From positions 1-32,655 of the forward strand of contig JAADVB010000213.1 in assembly GCA_023334545.1 (NCBI GenBank): 32,655 nt of DNA. The letters run 5' to 3'. Positions 27,338 to 32,655 of the stretch are shown in pieces. A model generated the notes under the pieces. It was not told the DNA's origin. It did no database searches and was given only the letters and a program-made list of their open reading frames with translations. Origin of the DNA: Salisapilia sapeloensis CBS 127946. Taxonomy: Eukaryota; Protista; Oomycota. The first letter of the stretch is position 1; each line of letters begins with the position of its first letter. The position numbers and the translations under genes are program-made.

Positions 27338-29248
27338 CAGCTCGACACTACGTTTTTGTATGACATTCCAATAAGAGCTTGCTCGCGCCAGCTGGGACTG
27401 GAATCTGTCAAAGAAAAGGAGATAGGGTTTAGGACTCTTACCAAAGGGTCGGAAAAGCGTCAGTGGGCTCGGTAGGCCAACGCTTGGGTGCAGTCCAGAG
27501 CGTGGTCATGATGACGGATGGAGGCAGTGCGTGCGCTTCGGAAGTAAAAATTTACATGTAGACTTGTCGTGTGCCCCCAAACGTTAGCTGCGTTTGTATT
27601 TTCACTAGCGAACGGTCACGAAAGGATACGCGGACTATTTATAATTCAAGCCTTCAATCTTTTTCACAAGTAGCATGGACGTACGAAGACCAGGTCAGAC
27701 TGCCAGTCACCACTGATCGCAAATGCTGCTTGTTACGAGCAGGAGCCGGTGACGCTATTCGACGGTACAACAAACGATGCGGCAGTGTACTGCGCAACCC
27801 CATTCGCGATAAGCATTCGCTGTCTTTTCGAGAGCCCTTGTCACACCCAAAGCCGCGGAGAGTCGAGTGGGTCTCGCAGACGAGACGGGATCGTTGAGCA
27901 CGTCGTTGATGGATAAGTGCTTGCTTGACTGACAGAAACACACACACATATCTGGGATGAGGATAGCATCCACGATGCGAGTCAAGATGTGAAACAAACC
28001 GACCAGAATCAATGCTGGTCACGCATTTGCACCGGCTCATCGTTTGTGCTCTTGCTTACGCTGCTGGTGCAAATGGAGCGAAAATCATGGCATAGACAAA
28101 CAACGACGACACTCAATTTGATTGCCACTCGTGCGTCCAGTACCACATTCAGTAAGCGAGTCACGTTTCCGTATCAGGTTGATATAGTATGGAACGCATG
28201 GCACTAGATCGGATCTCAGGTTGCGTTTAATATGCAACTACCTGATGCAGTTAAAGCTTTGGCTTTCCGATGCACTCTTCTTCAATCATGGAGTCATACC
28301 AAGTCACGTCAATTGACGTCAAATGGTTAAAGTATACATTGATTCTCTCTCTCGCATGACCGGTGACCGCGAACCCTGTACGATTGACAATGGAAACGTC
28401 AAGTTTAAGTTGCAGTCCTGTGTGATGGAGACCCATCACGAGCTCCTCGAACACTCTCTTGAAAAATCAAGGAAAGATTGGGCACTGTGTCCATGCAGGT
28501 TCAATCCTGTCAAACGATTCTTCCTCGTCAAGCTAGGTACTCTTCTGCGCCTTGTCACACGTGCTTTTTCGCATATTGCCATCCTCACTCTCTCTCTCGT
28601 CCAAAGATTCCTATCCTATCTGCAAGCACTATCTATCCCCATTTCCATCTAGACGCCAACTCGCACTTGCACTCGACATGACTACACCTCGTTTCCAGTT
28701 TAACATTTCACCCTATCCTTGACTGTAATCATCATGCGCATCTCAACTTGCAGCTTTAAAAATTCAACTAGGTCAATTTACTGCAACGAAAGGATAGACG
28801 TGATGGATGTTCATATAACCGCGTGCCGATTAAAACAGACGATAAGCATCAACCGTAAGGATCAGGGTTCGAATTTCCACTGGTCTGGAGCCAAATAGCC
28901 ATTGAAGCGAGAGATGGTATGCTCATCACGTGTCTACCGTTTCTTTAACTTTAGACCTACCTTGAATTTAGAGCTAATGAAGTTCTGACAGGAGTTTGGC
29001 CAGCATTAAGATGTCGAGGACCGTTCCAAGCGATTGGAGCGATAGATGGATGACGATGGCGACGGGAGTGTCACGTCGAGAGCTTAAACACGGGAAATGT
29101 TTAGACCAAAATAAATTGGTGGTCTATACTTCTGTTTTATCGAATAAAGAGTGCTAAATTTTCAAGCATGCAGTCACAAGTGACACGAATCCATTTTTCT
29201 CATCTTACCATTCATTTCATCATCCTTCCTCTTTCCTTTTGATTTCCA

Positions 29249-29845
29249 TCAGGCAGACACGGCAGCGTGAGGGTGCATTGAGTCACCAACTTTTTCGAAA
29301 CTAGTGCGACTGATTGGCAACGAATGTCCGCTTTCCTGCATCTCGGCATACAAGGCGTCTCCCAACGCTACAAACGTATCGGATGAAAAACCTTCCGGCA
29401 ACTCGTGGCTTAATTTATCCAAGTCGCGCATCGCCATCGACTGCATTGCCGACTGATTCACCGAACGGTCGCCATCAGTACCGTTCTGATGGCTACTACT
29501 GTGTATGCCATCCGATGACGTATCGTTGGCGACTTGGAAAAGCTTGTAAAGCTCTTGCAGTCGAGCGAATGCGCGCGTCGAGTCTCGTTCTTCATTCGCA
29601 ACCGTCTGCACATGATTCCGAATAGCAATGCGTAATGCATGAATGTCATCTTGAGGGGAAACGCTAGTCTTTCGAAGAGACGCGCTTCCGCTGTCTTTCT
29701 CGTGATTGGTATCCTCACTGAGACTGAGCGAGATGGCGCCAGCGTGCGGAGAGTCGTACAGCGCATCATTCGGCTCATGCCCCTCCGCAACTGGTTTGTG
29801 GACAGGGAACCGACGCCGCGCACGCTGGACAATTCGACGTAGCAT
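29249..29845 (-). CDS. Orphan hypothetical protein, 198 aa, with Arg-rich N-terminus
   Basis: The first ATG at 29845 gives MLRRIVQRARRRFP. An INR-like TCATTTTTGAAC lies at 29925-29914 and CCAAT boxes lie further upstream. No recognisable domain. Confidence 0.5.
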   Translation of the reverse strand: MLRRIVQRARRRFPVHKPVAEGHEPNDALYDSPHAGAISLSLSEDTNHEKDSGSASLRKTSVSPQDDIHALRIAIRNHVQTVANEERDSTRAFARLQELYKLFQVANDTSSDGIHSSSHQNGTDGDRSVNQSAMQSMAMRDLDKLSHELPEGFSSDTFVALGDALYAEMQESGHSLPISRTSFEKVGDSMHPHAAVSA

Positions 29846-30152
29846 GCTATACAAACGTACTGAAGATTCAAAGGCGATCAAGTAGCGCCGCTCCAATGCC
29901 CAAGCGACAAGGAGTTCAAAAATGAGAAAATGTATGCGAAGAAATCATTTGTTCAGATAGACAAGTTTCTTTTGCTCTGTACAGGACATCTACGTTTTTG
30001 TATGGAATAGATGTGATTGGTAACTTGGGGAAAGCAAAGCGTACTCGTTCGTGCGGAAAGAGAGCAATTGGTATATTCGCAAATCCTTAGTTTCATTTCA
30101 TTTCTATGAGCAAATGACATTGCGTTGATAGCCATATCCGGTGGCTGTCCGA

Positions 30153-31589
30153 CTATAGTGTGAGGATCATGACAGCGAACGCCGTCAGTGTCATGACCAA
30201 ACTCGTACAGACGGTCGCAGTAGCGCCTGCACTGCCAGATCCAGATCCCGTTGTCGGTGCTGGTGTAGGTGCAGCTGTAGGCGCAGTTGTAGGCGCAGCT
30301 GAAGTCGGTGATGGAGGGGCATCCGTAGGAGCTCTTGAAGGGGTAACTGGTGGTGGTGTGCTTTCCGTTGGTACGTCATTGGACGAATCCTCCGTATGGC
30401 CAATATCAATTTCATTTTCGTCACATTCCATGTTGTTCATAAAGTGTAGACATTCATCATCGAGCATAGAATGCATTTGCGCCATGGCTTTTTTGGCCTC
30501 ACTCACAATGTCTACGTTTAAAAGACTCCATTGCGACTCATTAGACACATCCTCCCCATAAACTTCCGTCACCATATAAGCCAACTGGCTACGTATGGCC
30601 TCCATTAAATTGATGAGCATCATAATCGGTTTATCGTCTTGCTCCATCCAATCGATCACAGTCTTTGCGTTAACGCATTCACCTTCCGTAAATAGATCGG
30701 TCAGAGCAAAAGTCATGTCGTTCATACGGACATTTGTTTCCTGCACGATTGGCATGGAAGCAATTTGCGTCATAAAGTCTCTATACGGCTTATAGCAAGC
30801 ACCATAATATGTGCCACTCGCGCTCATGAACTGAACTTTGTCGCCGGCGCTCGTTTCCACAATCTCTCCATTCACTGCCTTGCAAATCTGGGTTTCAGAT
30901 ACGGCTGATAGCGCAACAAGAGCCGTCCCGATGTTACCAAATTGGGCGTCATTGACCTGGAGCACTGCATCCGCCAACGTTTTTCCACATAGTTCGGACG
31001 TGGTAACGTCGTCAGCGCTAGTGACAGTGTTTTTAGAGCACACGATTTGGTTCATAAAGCCGATCATGAGTTCGGCTGTAGGAAGGATATCGTCGCCAAA
31101 CATCGACATCATCATATTGTTCATCTCATTGCAGCATGACGATAGCTTAGCTTTCTCCTGGAGCTTCTCAATAATGAATGTCATCGGACAGCTTGTTGTC
31201 AGGGATTCCATGGATGCGCACTCTTCCTCCAATACGGATTCTCCGTACTCCACTACCGACTGTTTCGGGTTCAGCATCGTGTCCAATGTATCTCCGCACT
31301 CGGTTATTTGGTTCGGAGTCAAACCCAAGATTATGTCACCAACATCAATACTGGCCATACAGCGAGAGACTGCTGGTGAAATATCTTCAATTATCGCAAA
31401 GATCGGGTTCTCTTGAACAGGCCCCAATTCGTTGTATTCGGTGGTCATCGATTTGATAAGTTCACTTTCCGCGTCAGTTAAAGACTTGCACTCAGCCTCT
31501 TGATTTTGTGCCTCATCCATTTGGTTCGCTGAAGCGACGGCTAGACCACCAAGCAAGGTAGCCATCGAATACCATTGCAAGCACTTCAT
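30153..31589 (-). CDS. Secreted Cys-rich acidic protein with Pro/Thr mucin-like stalk and probable GPI signal, 478 aa
   Basis: ATG 31589 opens a signal-like MKCLQWYSMATLLGGLAVASA. The ectodomain holds 14 Cys, the stalk is PTAAPT-type, and the protein ends GSGSGS followed by hydrophobic ATVCTSLVMTLTAFAVMILTL. Confidence 0.88.
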   Translation of the reverse strand: MKCLQWYSMATLLGGLAVASANQMDEAQNQEAECKSLTDAESELIKSMTTEYNELGPVQENPIFAIIEDISPAVSRCMASIDVGDIILGLTPNQITECGDTLDTMLNPKQSVVEYGESVLEEECASMESLTTSCPMTFIIEKLQEKAKLSSCCNEMNNMMMSMFGDDILPTAELMIGFMNQIVCSKNTVTSADDVTTSELCGKTLADAVLQVNDAQFGNIGTALVALSAVSETQICKAVNGEIVETSAGDKVQFMSASGTYYGACYKPYRDFMTQIASMPIVQETNVRMNDMTFALTDLFTEGECVNAKTVIDWMEQDDKPIMMLINLMEAIRSQLAYMVTEVYGEDVSNESQWSLLNVDIVSEAKKAMAQMHSMLDDECLHFMNNMECDENEIDIGHTEDSSNDVPTESTPPPVTPSRAPTDAPPSPTSAAPTTAPTAAPTPAPTTGSGSGSAGATATVCTSLVMTLTAFAVMILTL

Positions 31590-31642
31590 GCTTTCAAGTA
31601 TACTTCTCTGACCGCGAGGGGAGGCTTCGAACGAGGTAGGTG

Positions 31643-31658
31643 GCAAAGCTTCAAATGA
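31643..31658 (-). promoter_or_regulatory. INR+FPR core promoter
   Basis: The minus strand reads TCATTTGAAGCTTTGC, 69 nt upstream of ATG 31589. It lies downstream of the track's start at 31715, which supports the shorter protein. Confidence 0.65.
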
Positions 31659-32655
31659 GAAATTGTCCAGGAGCATAGAGTTGCTTGAAACTCCCGTACA
31701 TTTGATCAAGAGCATTATCCTGGTCGTTTCAGTAGAGATAACAGAGACATAAACGGATTTCTAGACCACTAGGTGCCAGTTATCTTCATCTAAGGCTACA
31801 TATGAGTGGTTTCATCTGCAGCATCCGTTTCAAGTGCAATACAGGAATGAGTCGTTTTTATGAAAAAGATGAAACGTTCGAGCACCATTTTGAGGTCGGA
31901 GCCTCTTTTGTTCCTTATAATGACTATCAGTTTCAGCTCTTCGTGCATGGTCGCATCGTGCGCATTGAACAAACCTCACGTGTAGATCAGACAACAAAAT
32001 GAAAACATCAAATGCCACGGAGCTTTATGATCAGGACGAGTTAAATTTTAACGATGGCGAGCCTCAACTTCATAGCTATGCTGTTGTTTTTGTTATGCGT
32101 ACAGCTAGCCAGAGATGCAGTCATGTTGTGTTCTAGCTAAAGCCAGATACGATGACTAGAAGACATGGATAAGTGTCATCGGTAACCCTTGTAGAAGCTA
32201 ATACAAATTCTTTAAAACACTTTGCGCATGAAAACACGCTCTAGATCATAACGTCAACCTAGAAACTAGATGGAAGCGAATTTCCATAGCCGAATAGTCA
32301 GTTTCTGTCGATAGGAGTACGTCTGGGCTGGGGACAGCATTTATCAGGTTGCCACACGTCGTTCAGCTCACTGAATCCTTTCTATAGCCTCAATTTCTTC
32401 GCATCTTTATGTATATGTAGCTATTGTCATTTTCGTTTAAATGTACCGACTACCGGCTATTCTAAGCGAAAACGAAAGCGCACTGGCATCTATACTGCTC
32501 TTCCGTATGTACTCAATGATACATGGATGCAGACGGCTACGCATATCTGCAGTACGTGTGCTGCATAGCTTTCCGCCTACATGGGTCTTTTTAAATTTTT
32601 GGTAGTCCACGCCGCATGGCTCGAATTTCAGCGGTCCCGTGCTTTTCCTTTAAAC

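Noticed and set aside
28251-28652. Short ORFs on both strands in the 27.4-29.2 kb gap
   Set aside because: I tried splice models (e.g. a GTACCT donor at ~28530) but none gave a convincing protein.
28863-28880. GGGTTCGAAT resembling a tRNA T-loop/B-box
   Set aside because: The T-stem does not pair properly, and no D-arm, anticodon arm or acceptor stem can be folded.
31590-31715. 42-aa N-terminal extension of the Cys-rich protein
   Set aside because: The INR+FPR at 31658-31643 places the TSS downstream of the track's start.
1-32655. Prokaryotic system (Min operon, CRISPR, defence island) or transposon
   Set aside because: The locus is spliceosomal and eukaryotic, and minE stands alone. I saw no repeat-spacer arrays, transposase/RT/integrase motifs, LTRs or TIRs.

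Overview
Eukaryotic nuclear DNA from an oomycete (stramenopile), not a prokaryote. The assignment rests on short GT-AG introns (56-87 nt), an oomycete-type 16-nt INR+FPR core promoter upstream of many genes, and a GPCR-PIP-kinase fusion. A CCDC42/CFAP73-like gene suggests a zoospore-forming species; the species cannot be determined from the sequence. I find about 15 protein-coding genes, four of which (MinE, RING-BRCT, thaumatin-like, CCDC42-like) only appear after splicing and are missed or fragmented in the ORF track. In order: intron-containing bacterial-type MinE (probably mitochondrial); GPCR-PIPK; a WRKY19-like CxxxxC/CxxH repeat protein; a BRCA1-like RING + tandem BRCT protein; a cell-surface/cell-wall cluster (two repeat-rich, probably GPI-anchored proteins, a membrane-anchored thaumatin-like protein, a Tos1-like glycosidase); NOL11/Utp8-like head-to-head with CCDC42-like; a LARP6-like protein carrying an extra cold-shock-like domain; DDX6/Dhh1; a PX-like protein; an orphan ORF; and a Cys-rich, probably GPI-anchored secreted protein. 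I found no rRNA, convincing tRNA, CRISPR array or recognisable transposon. All calls are by eye from remembered motifs; no database search was run.
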